DNA of 64,000 nucleotides, taken from positions 2,418,001-2,482,000 of the forward strand of contig NC_079238.1 of NCBI RefSeq assembly GCF_027921745.1, in the 5' to 3' direction. This document shows, in pieces, positions 25,530 through 38,706 of the stretch. Position 1 is the first letter of the stretch; each line of letters begins with the position of its first letter. The position numbers and the translations under genes were made by a program. This stretch comes from Schizosaccharomyces osmophilus (Eukaryota). The notes under the pieces were generated by a model. The model made no database searches and was not told the DNA's origin. It saw only the letters and a program-made list of their open reading frames with translations.

Positions 25530-25848
25530 AATATTACTGACATTATATATACATAATCGTATTTTGCATGGTTTATAGACAACATGGGAGTAGAATATTA
25601 CTATTTATTAGTTGGATCTTAAAGTGTAAATCTCATCAATTGGCATAATTATGAGTATACGTGATATGATGGTCATATATGCTTTAGTACTTTCTTTTTA
25701 GTTAGCTTAAGGAAAAACTGTGCATTATGTTTGCAAAAATGCAAGTAGTATCATAGGAATAGGACCTAATCACCCGCATAAAGACTGAAATATAAAAAGG
25801 AGTCATGGTAAAAACATAACAACGAGTTTGATGAAAAGAAAAAGCTTA

Positions 25849-27298
25849 CTACGCACACTTAAAGTAGCCAAGTTGTTGCATACTCGTCCAGCACGCATTC
25901 ATGCCGTCCCGATACTCCCATGAGGATTGAGATTGGATTTCAGCGATACGCTTCATAGTCCATGCGCGAGGAAATCCTAGAAGAGCACCTTGGTGAAGGA
26001 AGGTTACATGGTCCTTCCATGCTTGATCCCAACCATTGAGATAAAGATTGTGATCGTATTGACCACCTGGGTGTAAATGGTCCCAATAATAACAGTGTCC
26101 ATTATAGTTTTGTTTGCGGCTTTTACTAAGTTTGCATGGCATTGAACCACTTGCACTGGGAAGCTTCGTGGGATAACGAACAACGCTATCCTCATTTTCA
26201 AGCCTGAAATCCCAGTCTCCACCTTTTCCGTGGAGGAATTTAGAAGTCCAAAAGTGAGATCCTCCAGTGTTATTTAGATATTGACTCACTTGTGCCTTTC
26301 CTAACTGTTTACGTCTATATTGATGCAGCTTAGTTTTTTGCCATGACTCTTCGGTAAGCGTACAACTCCATTCACCGACAATAAGGTTTGAAAGTGATGT
26401 TTTATCATACTCTTCTCCGGAGTTTAACTTATTGGTGATTGTCTTCGGGGACTGATTCACCAAATCACCTCCAAAACAGAAATAGCTATGGTGATCAACA
26501 ATATAAAGACCATTATTTTCTTGTCCATTCACCCAATTCACCCAATCTATTTGACTGTTAGTAACCAAGTGATCCTCCTTGGAATGCAATTGTTTAATCT
26601 ATTTACTTACGATCTTTGTCCCAACCATCACCAATATAGGTAGGCAAGTAAGAGGGGATCACTTTCCTAGCGTTTTTGTAATAGGAACTAAGTACATCGT
26701 ACTGTCCCCATTCTGGCTCATTAATCACCTCAATGCCTACGAGATTTGGCTGATTTCTCAAGACGGAAGCAGCATATTGAAGACTAGACACCATTCTTTG
26801 TTGATTTTGAGGATTGCTGAAGAATTCCACTTTTCCAGAAGAGGTTCCAGAGTGAGAACCACCATTTGCTTGTCCATAAACGCCGTGAAAGTCAACTAAA
26901 ACACCAATCGACTTGCTAGCAGCATCTTGAATTTTTTGAACCAGAATATTAAGGGAATTTTGATAAACTCCAGTATACTGTGCAAATGGTGTTCCCTGCA
27001 AAAATTGGCTTTGTCCAAGTGTCCAATATCCGATGGGTATACGAACGGTATTGACTCCCAACCGCTGAAGGTAGGAAAAATCGTTCGCGGTAATCCAAGA
27101 TTTCCAATGATTCTCAAATAGCCCACGTGCTCCGTCCGTTCCATGTTTTTGAACAACGCTTTGGACAGCATCTAACTCACTGTCTCCAGCTCCTTCAAAT
27201 AAAGAATCGTTAATCCATCGTTCTTGCACAAACCAAGCACCCAGATTCACACCAAACTGCTTTCGGTAAATATAAACATCCTGGTCGGAAAAGCCCAT
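25849..27298 (-). CDS. exg3: GH5 glucanase/glucosidase Exg3 (2 exons)
   Basis: RKQFGVNLGAWFVQERWI, VRIPIGYW, acid/base INEP, nucleophile VGEWS. One GTAAGT...TAG intron joins the two ORF-track pieces. Confidence 0.92.
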
Positions 27299-27404
27299 AT
27301 TTCTTTTCTTTTTATAGAAGACGCCTGTCAAGCAGTTGGCAGGTAAGTTCTGAGCTCATCTTGGTCATGTTTGTAAATATATGCCACACGTCATGGTCTT
27401 CGTT

Positions 27405-27415
27405 TGTTTGTTTAC
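27405..27415 (-). promoter_or_regulatory. FLEX element (Mei4) upstream of exg3
   Basis: GTAAACAAACA on the minus strand, about 110 bp upstream of the exg3 ATG. Confidence 0.5.
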
Positions 27416-27948
27416 TACCTCATATAAACAAATAAATAGATGAAGAAAACAAACAATAGGGTTCTTCATCAATTCTTAAACAAAAACAGATAGTTGTAAT
27501 CATAAATAAGATATTATTCATTATCCATAGCTATTTTGAATGATTAACACAAAAAATAAATATCTTCAACCGTACAACGGTAACAACTACACGTATATAT
27601 CTAGTATATCATGATTTATGGAATAATATTATCATAAACAAAAAGAATAGTAAATATATAAAACAAACAAGAGTGCTTTTTCAACGGACACATAATCTCT
27701 TTTTATTATTTGTTTTCAATGATACAGCCGTTAATATGTGCCCCAGCGATAATTCCAATATAGACTGTAGAATGTCAATGGATGAAAATGTAACCAACTC
27801 AATATTATTCGATCTGGAGTATAGACCCAGCCCAGCTGGTATATCCAAACCTGTCACCATATATTCATCATTTTCAACCAAAAAAGGAAACCCAAGTTTT
27901 CAACAACACAAGTTATACGTTTTGCGGTTCAACCATCTAACACAACAG

Positions 27949-29943
27949 TTACCGATGCAAATCAAAACTGCGGCTAGCAGTTCGAGACAAATGTCTACGA
28001 GGCACCCTAGTACTATTACTGCTCGTAACTTGGGTTCTTCTATTACGGCTATTCAGTATCGTATCGTCATTAGCAAGATCCGTCTCGCAATCCTGAATAT
28101 TTATAGAACTGAGGGCATCAAATAGCTCGTCATAATTAGGGGGAGGAGTTTCGCAAGGAGGAGGACAGCTATCTCCATCAAAGGGAGGTGGATTCGTAGA
28201 TGGAATTCGAAACAATTCGGGACGACCAGATTTACGAGAACTACCCGCAGAAGAGCTTGCCAAAACGCTCTGCGTCGTAAAAGGGGTTATTTCGGTAGGT
28301 TCTACCTGAGTAGCATCTAAACGGCAAGGACATGGTAGCAACACCTGACTATCTCGGTGAGCTGGTTCATAAGGTGGCAATAGAGTGGAATCTTTTACAC
28401 ACCGACAAGACAAGATGCGAATGGGGGTTTCTATGTTAATTTCAAAATACTTCCTTTTATCCGAATTAACCTCATTTTCAACAGACAAAACTAGAAGAGC
28501 TTTAAGCCTGTGTCGAATCTTTATATACTTGTACGTGGTATCAAACGTCAATCTGTCTCGCTCTTTCACTAGACAGGTAGGAAGTTTTACGTTGAAATTA
28601 AATATGGCACTCGAAATGCCATCCCCTTCATCTGGAATAGAGAATAAATTATCTGTATTGTGATGTTTGACAGAGCGTTCTGTCAAAAGCACACGACGTT
28701 TTGGATCGACACGATGAAACTTTCTGCTTCGACACCAATATTCAGCAGTTTCGACAACGGACAAAGACAATTTGTAAAGTCGGACTTTGTCGAGCAATAA
28801 AAACTTAAAAGTGATAGGTAAAGTTTCACCAAGACGAAAAGATTTACCAGATACCTGTAGCTCGTAATGTAACCGCTCATCCCAATCTCTCGAAATATTA
28901 ATTAATTCACTGGAAGACAAACTAGCTGGTGATGGTGTACGAACAAGTTGGACTGGTGTTCTACCGTTCAAATTACTCTTAAAGGTACCAAATCTTTCAA
29001 CTGTGGCTTCCAAAAAATAGCGTACCCAGCCCAATTTTGCCTCGACCGATTCGGGAAAGCAATTTGGGATAGCTAGATCGAAATTATAAGTATATTCACC
29101 AGGCGCAAAAACACTATAGCCACGAAGACCAGCAGCAGATGAAGATGGAAGGGATACGTGCTGACCAACAAGACGGGCAACATCAGCTCCATGCTGAGGG
29201 GCATCGGCATCTTTTATGTTAGGATTAAAAAAATTCCAATGATGACAATTAATAATTTTATCTTCATAGGTTTCGTGCCCTTTGACGGGAATCCCTTCAG
29301 GCCATTCTGTTCTGGAGCGGCCGGCAAACGATAGGGAAATGCCACGAATATTTGCTGGCTTGGCGACACGTAGGACTAAGGCACCACGCAAAATGACAGG
29401 GTTTTCATTTTGACACTCATTGAGGTCGTATCCAGAAAGATACAACACGGGTTCTAATAACACAATGGAAAGCGACATGCCTCCACCATGGGAGGAAGCG
29501 ATTGCTTTCTTAATGACAGGAGGAACCATTTCTGAGACATTGTTTCCAATGATGGAAGTGACACGAGAAGTTCCGAATAGGTTCGCAGAAGAAGGACTCC
29601 AAGTCAAGGGAGGTTTGGCAGGCATTGTATTGTTTACGGGAGTGGAGACAGTCGACGGGATGTTGTTTGAAGTAGCGGTTGTGACATTGTCGGGGGGACT
29701 GGCGAGAGGAGGAGGTCGCGGAGCCGACTGCTTAGCCGAACGATTAGCGGAAAGAGAACCAAAGCCATTCGAGGAGTTGATACTAAAAATGGAATTTCTA
29801 CGACCTAAACCGCTGTTAGACGAGCCACGAGTTTGAGAACCTGTGTCATTTTCCTCATTAGAAGGGTCATTTTGATGATTGAAAGAAGACGAAATCGATT
29901 TCCCAAATCGACTTAGCGCCGGAATATTCAGTTCACCCTTCAT
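27949..29943 (-). CDS. aly2: Alpha-arrestin (Aly1/Aly2-like endocytic adaptor)
   Basis: LLEPVLYL, GRSRTEWPEGIP, arrestin N and C domains, PY motifs LPPY and PPNY. First ATG is 29943; the frame is open further upstream. Confidence 0.85.
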   Translation of the reverse strand: MKGELNIPALSRFGKSISSSFNHQNDPSNEENDTGSQTRGSSNSGLGRRNSIFSINSSNGFGSLSANRSAKQSAPRPPPLASPPDNVTTATSNNIPSTVSTPVNNTMPAKPPLTWSPSSANLFGTSRVTSIIGNNVSEMVPPVIKKAIASSHGGGMSLSIVLLEPVLYLSGYDLNECQNENPVILRGALVLRVAKPANIRGISLSFAGRSRTEWPEGIPVKGHETYEDKIINCHHWNFFNPNIKDADAPQHGADVARLVGQHVSLPSSSAAGLRGYSVFAPGEYTYNFDLAIPNCFPESVEAKLGWVRYFLEATVERFGTFKSNLNGRTPVQLVRTPSPASLSSSELINISRDWDERLHYELQVSGKSFRLGETLPITFKFLLLDKVRLYKLSLSVVETAEYWCRSRKFHRVDPKRRVLLTERSVKHHNTDNLFSIPDEGDGISSAIFNFNVKLPTCLVKERDRLTFDTTYKYIKIRHRLKALLVLSVENEVNSDKRKYFEINIETPIRILSCRCVKDSTLLPPYEPAHRDSQVLLPCPCRLDATQVEPTEITPFTTQSVLASSSAGSSRKSGRPELFRIPSTNPPPFDGDSCPPPCETPPPNYDELFDALSSINIQDCETDLANDDTILNSRNRRTQVTSSNSTRVPRRHLSRTASRSFDLHR

Positions 29944-31873
29944 ATGGACTACAGCTGGTTGAGGGATAGGTGGTAGATCACCTGGAATAGGATTTTGTGG
30001 ATGCAAATTGGCAATGTTGAAAAGTTAATAAGAAAAGAAAAGTAAGGGCAAGCGAAAGCTCTTCAAGGAGGGAAAGAATATTGAAATTTGCAATTTTTGC
30101 AAATTATTCTAATCCCAAAAAAATTAGCCACGTTAATTTCGGATGTAAACAAACAAATCGGAACACTACGTAACAGATATTCGTTCTCTTTATCGTTGAA
30201 TAGTGTACAAGCCGAGCCGTTCAACAGCGAGAAGCTTGGATTTTTCCGTACCGAATCGTAAGAGAGAAGAATATGCCAACTTTACTTCGGAAGGGAACAG
30301 ACAAGAGACCCGATTCCGAATGCAAAATTCAAACGAAGAGACGCTTCAAAACTGGCAATCGGACCAAGAAGAAAAATTTTCCTTAAAACGAATAAGCAAC
30401 CCACAGAGGAAAAATACCGTTGTTTAGGAAGATTTCAAGCGACTCCGAAGCAAAGGAATATTAACGAAGGAGAAAGGGCTCTAAACCGACTTTTCCAAAA
30501 GTATATACAGCACAAAGAGAGGAAAAGTGAAGAATAGGCCTGGAAAAAATGCTGTAGAGAAGTAACTACTTGTACTGAAACAAAAACCCGAAGAGAAGCG
30601 CGTGCAAGGAGAGATCAGTTTTACCGTTTGATAGATAAAAAAAGAAATCAAGCAACAGTGCTATCGGTTCTTTGAATAGCACGCGCACAAATGGCTGGTT
30701 TCACAGGGAATGGCAAACTTGAATTGTGTTCAATTTCCAACTTGTCTGATAGAGAAAGATTCAAGGGATTTATAGAGTTGTCAAAAAACTACAATTAAAA
30801 ACAGTATAAGAAGAGGTTCACTCTTGTTTAAAGTTCCCTTTCGAATGAGTTGGATGTATGTAAAAGAAAAATCTATGGTGGATGCCAAGTGGTAAACCAA
30901 GTAACATCGTACTTTTTAGTAAGGAGATACGTTTCGGTGTGTACATTGGATGGGAAGAGGCAAATTATAAAGGTTCATTACTATACACTATACTTCGGTT
31001 AACAATATGATTATAAACGAGAACATACGAAAAGTTGATGAAAGAAGGCAGTGAATAAGCAAGAAGTGGATCTAGAAAAGAAATGGGATTCCGTGGAAAA
31101 TTATCCATTAATAATTAAGAATGAAGTAAGAATGGATGAATTGGTTTGAAAAGCTTTGGGATTCTTGAAAATAGAATGACTGTTGTCAACGAAGCAAGCC
31201 TTGATGAACGAACTGGAAAACCAGTTCCAGCTACAATTGGATGTACATCCATGCATATGTCGTGAATTTGACAATGCTCAACGATTGCTCTACAGGAATA
31301 TCCGCTTATACATCGAATTAAAGTTCCATCTATCCATCCATTCAGTCATGGAATATAGAAATCTAAACAGCGAAAATTCCTTTTTCATATGAACATCGTC
31401 ACTACTATTCGTCATGAAGAATCTAATATTTTAGCTTGCGAATCCATCTCCCAAAGGACAAAACCAGAAGAGATTGGATTCAAGAATCGAATGGCGCTCT
31501 CTTGTCATTTTTACTTTTTCTTTGCAGGCCCTAAATATGTCTGTAATATAATTGAACCCATTGTTCAAGAATGCTCTTGAATCCTTTGTCAATATAATTC
31601 GGCGATACCTCTATTCCCATTCTGGAAGCCATGCATCACAAAAAGAACTGAGAATTAAGACCTTTTCGGAATGCTTCTTTATTTACCAAACAATACCTCT
31701 TTCCTCATCCTCTGTCGATAATTTTTTCGTCACTTATCTTGTTACCTAGATATTGCCAGCCATGTAGGCCACAAAGGTATGAAACAAATTTTCAATTCGG
31801 TAACAAAAACAGATTTCCAACTCGTCAACCGTTCTGGACATCTGAGGAAGCGGTGTTCTTTCTTCTTTTTAAT

Positions 31874-32556
31874 ATGGTCAAGTTTGCGTTGAATCTTCAG
31901 GCTGAACTTGCTGGCATTTCTAGCCTAAGCCCAAAGGAAGAAGAGGCCTTTTATTACATGTTTGAAGTTGAATGTGGATCTTGTCATGACATTCACAAAA
32001 ACCCTATTGGTATTTGTCGATCCGAAGCTCATGACATTCCTGGAAGCAAGGGAGAAGCCAACTTGATTTGGACATGTAAGAATTGCAAGGTATGATTTTG
32101 TCCAACGGACCTGCTTGCCAAAGTGTGTTACGAGTCACACTTTGTTCCTTCCATTCTTTTTTTCTAAACAAATGCTTATGCTAACACGATATAGAGAACG
32201 AGTACTATATGTATGGAATCATGGTAAACATCGGGTGTCACTTGAGTTTGAACTTAACGACTTGAAAAATGCCTCGATGCTTATTTTCGGAAACATTTAC
32301 TAATCTTTTTCTAGCCATTGTCAGTCGCTTTCAGCCTTACACGAATTCCCAAAGCCAACAACGCCTTCTAGAATTGGAGTGCCGAGGCTGCGAACTCGTC
32401 AATTTCGTCCCTGACGGCGAATGGGTTGCCAAAGGAGAACAGAGTGACACCCAATTCACAGAAGTAGAGTTAGAAGACGACTGGTATGATTATGATGAAA
32501 ATGCTGGGTCAGAAGTTTCCATTACCGATATGCAATGGACTCTCTCGAAAGCTTAA
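31874..32556 (+). CDS. DUF866 CXXC zinc-binding protein (3 exons, including a 16-nt micro-exon)
   Basis: MVKFALNLQAEL, CGSC, GSKGEANLIWTCKNCK|RTSTI|...LECRGCE, DWYDYDE, EVSI. Confidence 0.9.
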
Positions 32557-32711
32557 CGATGCGCATCTAGTTACGGCCTGCATAAATCCAAGAATATAGA
32601 AAGAATAAATATCCATTTTCTTAAAAACTCATATCCTAGTTTTTTCGATTTCCTTGCTTGATAAGTAGTATCAACACCGTGTCATTCCTTTCATATTCGT
32701 ATCAATAGTTG

Positions 32712-33537
32712 TTATTTTTCAATAGTTGGCTGGTTCAATTGCTCCAGTTGTTCGTAAATACTTGCTTTCCACGATGGGTAGCTTTTTAGTCTCTTTTCAT
32801 AATTGATTTGAACCATACTGGCAATTCCACTCCATGGCTTTGTCCGTTGCTTTTGAACTTCATAGCCTTCCATAGCATTTAAGGGCATCTGATGAAAGAC
32901 TAGCGACTCAGACAATAACTGCATCCAATACTGAATTTGTGATATAGAATTTGTATCCTGTAGAATCGCTTGAGCCGCTTTCCTTTCAGCGTGGTTGACA
33001 CGCAACTCGTCTCTTCCACTCATTCTAGCAGAAACAATCAAAAATGCTGCTATTAAGATTCCCTTCATATGTTCTATTCTCATGTTTTCCACCAATGTTG
33101 TTTTCACCAATTCCTTCACGTAAAGAATGGCTGAAAGACTGCCCATCCTTGTACATAAAAACGGAACGTCGTTCATAATATCGTATTCAGCATATAAGTC
33201 TTTTGTCAACGGACGTAGTTCCTCTTGAAAATACGTAAACTGCTTTTCGTATTTCTTTTTAGGAATCGGTGTCGCACTAACATGGACTTCTAAATCGAGT
33301 CTTCCTTTCATACTTTTTCAAAATTAGTTTCCTAGTTTTCTCAATCCAATTAACTTACATTTCACATGCTAAATGTGCTGCCATGTACGGTCTACAGGCC
33401 TCTTCTGTTGCTTTCAATACAACTTTGGATCTCGACCACGCTAGAAATGATTCCGCTAAGCTTAAGAGCCTGTCATTGTATTCCTCCTCTTCCGGAAGTA
33501 ATTTTCGAAAGCAATCGATCACCTGTTGTCTTTCCAT
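32712..33537 (-). CDS. orc6: Origin recognition complex subunit 6 (2 exons)
   Basis: MERQQVIDCFRKL...EEACRPYMAAHLACE|..., C-terminal WSGIASMVQINYEKRLKSYPSWK; syntenic. Confidence 0.85.
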
Positions 33538-33978
33538 CAAGAGTACCTTTTTTATGATGCAAAAGAGATTCAAGGACTACCAGAAAAGCTCACTCCCTTT
33601 TTCAACCTTTAAATTTTGTAGATTTTTTCTCTCTGAAACTGTTTAAAACAAGCCTTTTTGTGTTTACCTTTTTCCTAGTCTAAACAGTTTCAATCAGTTT
33701 ACCAAATTCGCGTAGCGATACTGTACTAAACAAATTTTGTCATGTCAATGGTAAAAGGAAAGAAATCCATTGTCTTCACTGTTCAATTATTTTCTTTTTT
33801 AATTTAGATGCTAGTAAATGAAATCCACTTGGTATCTTTGTCTTACAAAGTCTTTGATCTGCTCGTTTAAACTTTTAGCTTGTACCAAAGCTACTTACAT
33901 ATATCCTCCACGCCTTTGCTGTTTTCCAGTTTCCAATTAAGAAAGGGGAGAATTACTATATGCGTGAATCTATTAAGC

Positions 33979-35243
33979 ATGCAAAAGGATACGGAAAGTA
34001 ATCCGTGGCCTGACTCGTTGAAGGAGTTTATAGGTAAATGTATTCAAGATGCTGAAGAAAACAACCACGTTGGTTTGCAAGACGAAGTAAAAATTTTGAT
34101 TTCTCGCCAATATGAAAACGGAAATATATGGAATATAGATTGGTCGACTATGAATTTGGATGCTCTACGAAAATTAACTGCAATTCAGGATCAGATGCAG
34201 GAAGACAAGAAACGTAAGCTAGATCAACCAAGCAATAATTCAGTCTCCGGCGATCAAACAGAACGAGCAAAAAAAGAGAAGAGGAAGCGTAGGTTTCTTG
34301 CTGATGAACGCTCATCTACTGCTTCCACACCAGTGGAACCCGAAAAGTCCATTAACGATGGAGCAATCGTTGGAAGATCCACTGCTTTGGAAAAAAGATA
34401 CCTCCGTTTAACTTCCGATCCTGACCCCAATACCATTCGACCGCTTCCAATTCTGAAACAAACGCTAGAATTGCTGAAAAGGAAATGGAAAGAAGAAAAA
34501 AACTACGCGTATATCTGCGACCAATTTAAAAGTCTTAGACAAGATCTTACTGTTCAAAGAATACAAAATGATTTTTCCGCGTTGGTTTATGAGATTCATG
34601 CCCGAATAGCTTTAGAAAAGGTACATCCCTATTATGTTTTATATACTAACAATCGTTTAGGGCGATGTAGGTGAATACAATCAATGCCAGACTCAATTGT
34701 TTCATTTGTATGGGTTTGGCGTCCCCGGAAAAGTCAAAGAATTCTTAGCATATAGAATCCTTTACATACTTTACACAAAAAACCGGTCAGGTAAGTACTT
34801 AATTTCACTGCGTTTCTTTCTAACAACTTGAAGAAATGAACAGTCTTTTGGCAAATTTGGCAGATGAAGAAAAAGAGGATCCTGCTGTTCAGCATGCTTT
34901 AGAGGTTAGGTCAGCAATTGCTACTGCTGATTATTACAAGTTCTTTCAGTTATATTTATCTGCTCCCAATATGGGAGGATACTTGATGGATCTTTTTGTT
35001 GAAAGAGAACGCGTCAACGCCATGTACATGATTTCAAAGGCTTACCGCCCATCCGTTCCTGTTGATTTTATAGCCAATACTTTGGCGTTTGAAGACATGG
35101 ATGAATGTAGAAACTTTCTTATTGATTGCCAATCTTTGTTCGACCCGAATGATTCAGAACGTGTACTAATGAAAGAAAGCATCGACAAATTCGATGCCAT
35201 CAAGAAGAAACATACGGTCGTTGATATTAAAGGGCAAATCTAA
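33979..35243 (+). CDS. iss9: SAC3/GANP/THP3-family PCI protein (3 exons)
   Basis: [62 protein letters not shown], ends VDIKGQI*. Confidence 0.88.
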
Positions 35244-35379
35244 ATACCGTCTTATAGCTTTTCATTTTTGATCGGTTATTAATACTAGATATAAATAGAA
35301 AAAATCGATACAAGTTTGGTCATATTTTGATGCTAAGAATTTCCCAAAATGATTCTCCTGAAAAGCCAATACAAATCCA

Positions 35380-36212
35380 CTAAGGATTTCTTTTCTTCCT
35401 ATATACGAATACATCTCTTTTTAAAAAACCTTTCTGTTCATAATTTTTTGGTTTCGTGTCTTCCGAACTTACAACAGTCTGAAGATCAAATCCATTTTGT
35501 TCTAAAATTTCAGGGAAATTTTCAGGCCGTATACGAATTTTAGGAAGTGATCTCTCAAATATCTAAGGGTTGTTAGTTATGTTTTATTGCAAAATGTGCT
35601 TCATACGGAATTTTTTTTTGCTGCTTTAAGATACGAATCCCATGACTGAGGCTCTATTATAAGTGCACCGTCTGTTTCCAAAACAGCATGCATATTTTTA
35701 AAAAATGCAAGCAAGCCTTCGTCTAGTCCATTTAAATGAATCCACTTGGTAATGGAGAGGGCTAGAATTGTGTGAAAGCGCTTTTTGGATTGCCATCTTT
35801 GGATATCCACGGCTTGAAACTGAACGTTGTGAGGAAATCCTTGTTCATTTAAGGATCCTTGAAACTTTTTTTGGATCCTTGAAAACTTTTTTATGCTGGA
35901 TATTGGGTAAAAATTGTGTCTTGAAATCATCGGACAGTGGTCATTCGAAGGGCCGATCCTCGAAGCAACAAATTCAAGATGCTTCTCTGCTTTCTTGATC
36001 AACGTTAAATCAATGTCAATTCCTAAAGCATACTTTACGTTAAATAAAGACGCAACCTGCGTTGTTATAGTTCCATTATTACAGCCGACATCCAGAACAG
36101 ACGTGTTTTCAAATAAATCATATGGTAAAGCTTTGATTCGAGAATCTAGTACAGATCCATCGCCTCGCATAGAGTAATAGTTTTGATAGTTCCCATAGCG
36201 TTCGGTAAACAT
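35380..36212 (-). CDS. bmc1: Bin3/MePCE-family RNA methylphosphate capping enzyme (2 exons)
   Basis: YGNYQNYY, VLDVGCNNG, GIDIDLTLI, ILALSITKWIHLN, IIEPQSWDSY; second exon IRIRPENF...GFLKRDVFVYRK. Confidence 0.92.
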
Positions 36213-36603
36213 GAAAAAGATATTTGACTGGAAACTCTGAAAGTAGATTCGACGTAACAGTGCGTGCAAATATTATTCTTGTAAACAATTAGTTAGAAGT
36301 AAAGTTTTTCTATTATACTTTTGGATGAGCCTTTTACCAGATTTGTAGCATATTTCGACGCACCTGTACACTGGGTATCTTCATGCCAGGCAGTATGGGT
36401 AGCTGAAGCAAGAAAAGGTGAAAATCGTTTATTGTATCTACATACTATGCTAATTACATATCAGTTTTCTACGGCGAAAAGTAAAACATAAAGAAATTTG
36501 TTAAGCTGCTATTATCTCTATGTAAATCCAGCATGGACCAAAATAGAGTGTAAGCATGAGTTACAAGGCAAAAAGAAAGCATTAAAAATTTTCTGTATCT
36601 AAA

Positions 36604-37417
36604 TTAATCAAAATCATCATAATCCTCCTCTTCATCAGCCTCATTGTCACGACGACCAGATTCAAAGTTTAGAGAACTAGATTCACGAAGAGGAGCTATT
36701 TCACCTTCCTTAAGCGCGCCAGCATGAACCAATGCCTTAGCAACATCGTAAACAGTAGTTCCCATACCTCCCAAAGTTGTTAAAGTCAAAAATTGCTGCT
36801 GTAGATCACCGTGACCATACACAAGCAAAGTAGGCATCATGATGTCGGGATAATTTTCGACTGCTTGCTTGCCGGCAATTTTCACAAACTTAATTTGTGG
36901 GTACATGGGAGCTAAACGCTCAAGAATACCGTTCAAGAGTTTACAGGCAGGGATACTGGTTACAAAGTTAGCAAGACCATATTCGCAAAAATTTACCAAG
37001 AGGCAGAACAGGAACACTTACGAATCTTGAAACATGTGCACAACGACGAAAACATTTTTACTATCTTCTGTAACTTCTTGGGTGTATTCAGGCTTAGAAA
37101 TTGGGTAAACGGAGCCATATTTTGCTTTCGACATTCTCTGTTTCCATTCCTCAATCCGCTTGTTTCGATAGATCTGCAAAAATTCATCATCCTCTTCATC
37201 TTCTAACTCATCAAGTTCGTCTAAAGTTTTCTTTTCTAACCGATTTTCGTGTGCAAGCTCTTTGGCATCTACCAATGCATCGTCCAGCACATCGTCCACA
37301 TCGGGTTCTTTTTCGGGTAAGATCCCTTTCGAACGTAAAATGTCGTTCCTTATACATTAATTTTCTAACAAATAAAATCTTTTTGACTTACCACTCGGTA
37401 TCCTCGTTAGGATCCAT
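36604..37417 (-). CDS. plp2: Phosducin-like protein (3 exons)
   Basis: MDPNEDTEW|NDILRSKGI, EDEEDDEFLQIYRNKR, YGSVYPISKPEYTQEVT, ENYPDIMMPTLLVY. Confidence 0.92.
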
Positions 37418-37730
37418 GAATAACGCTGTTTTTGCTGAACCAGCTTTGCTACTGCTTCCTTTCAAGCTCTTCACTTGTATTATATTCCCTTTATTAGACT
37501 ATATGCCAGTTGATTTGAGTAGAATATAGCTATAATTTAACGATCATAAAAAATACTTTGTTAAATGACAGTGCGTAGAACGAGAAAGCTCCTAAAGATA
37601 CATAACGAAATCTGTAAATCATGTTATTTTGGTCTGCGTGGGCACATCCTTCTTGCTTGTTTTACACTCGCCAAGGTCTACCAAGGCAAGGCAGGTTTTG
37701 CTTCATACCAGAAACACGCTATTGTAGAAG

Positions 37731-38706
37731 ATGGTAAAATCAACAAGCGTGACCCGACTGGATGGTAAGTAGAAGAAAGAGAGTAAAAACATTTGGAATA
37801 ATCTGTTTGGAAGCCCGGGAGTGTAAGCTTGGGTTTTGTTGACACTTCCCTAAAGGAAATGCCATTGGAGGTGGAGACTTTGATGTTGTATTTGTTTTCC
37901 AATTGCTTTGGATAGCATTTATTTATACTTATATTGATCTGGAATCTAATACTTTTGTAGGTCTGCCTTTGGCCGCAAGTGTGGATGATGAATCGACAGA
38001 AAGAAAACTAGAAAGCCATAAAAAACAGGCGAAATTAATCCTCAAAAGACTAACTCCATCATCTGAGAGACAAGCCTCCATTGAAGCTGGCGACTATTCA
38101 TTTCAGTATGTAACTATCGTAAACTGCAAAATTCCTGCAAATATGAAGAAGATTGGTTATTAACGTGGAATAGTTATATTATCGACCATGGAATTTCGTA
38201 CCTTTGTATTTGTGACCGCTCGTACCCTCGAAAGCTTGCGTTCTCATATTTGGAAGAACTAGCGGTTGAGTTTTGGGGCACCTACGGCGAAGAGGCCTTG
38301 CAGCCAGGCTTGCGTCCCTTTGCATTTGTACAATTTGGTAAGCAGAAATTAGTGGTGGATGATAAGAAATGGAAAAAAAGACTAACTTGGTGTGTGTGCA
38401 GATATCTTTATGCAGAAATCCAAGCGTGTTTACAATACGCCTCGTGCAAATGACAACTTGGACAAGCTTAATACAGAATTGAAGGATGTTACGAAAGTTA
38501 TGACAAAAAATATTGAAGATCTACTTTATCGAGGTGATTCCTTAGAGAAAATGAGCGACTTGAGTTCTGATTTAAGGTTTTCTAGCGCCAAATACAAAAA
38601 GGCTGCTCGTCGTGTCAACTTGGAAGCTCTGTGGAAGCAATATGGACCTGTTTCTATTGTTGTGTTCTTGTTCGTCGTCTTAATCTATTGGCGCTTTTTT
38701 ACTTGA
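37731..38706 (+). CDS. sec22: Longin R-SNARE Sec22 (4 exons)
   Basis: MVKSTSVTRLD|GLPLAASVDD, SYPRKLAFSYLEEL, VMTKNIEDLLYRGDSL, C-terminal transmembrane segment. Confidence 0.95.

Noticed and set aside
31000..31750. Run of short ORFs in the aly2-DUF866 intergenic region, possibly a decayed gene
   Set aside because: No recognisable protein motifs in any frame I translated.
9389..36212. Telomerase-related genes est1 and bmc1 (and top1 with the Top2 relic) in one window as a functional cluster
   Set aside because: They are 25-30 kb apart with many unrelated genes between them; est1, bmc1 and top1 simply follow ancestral synteny.
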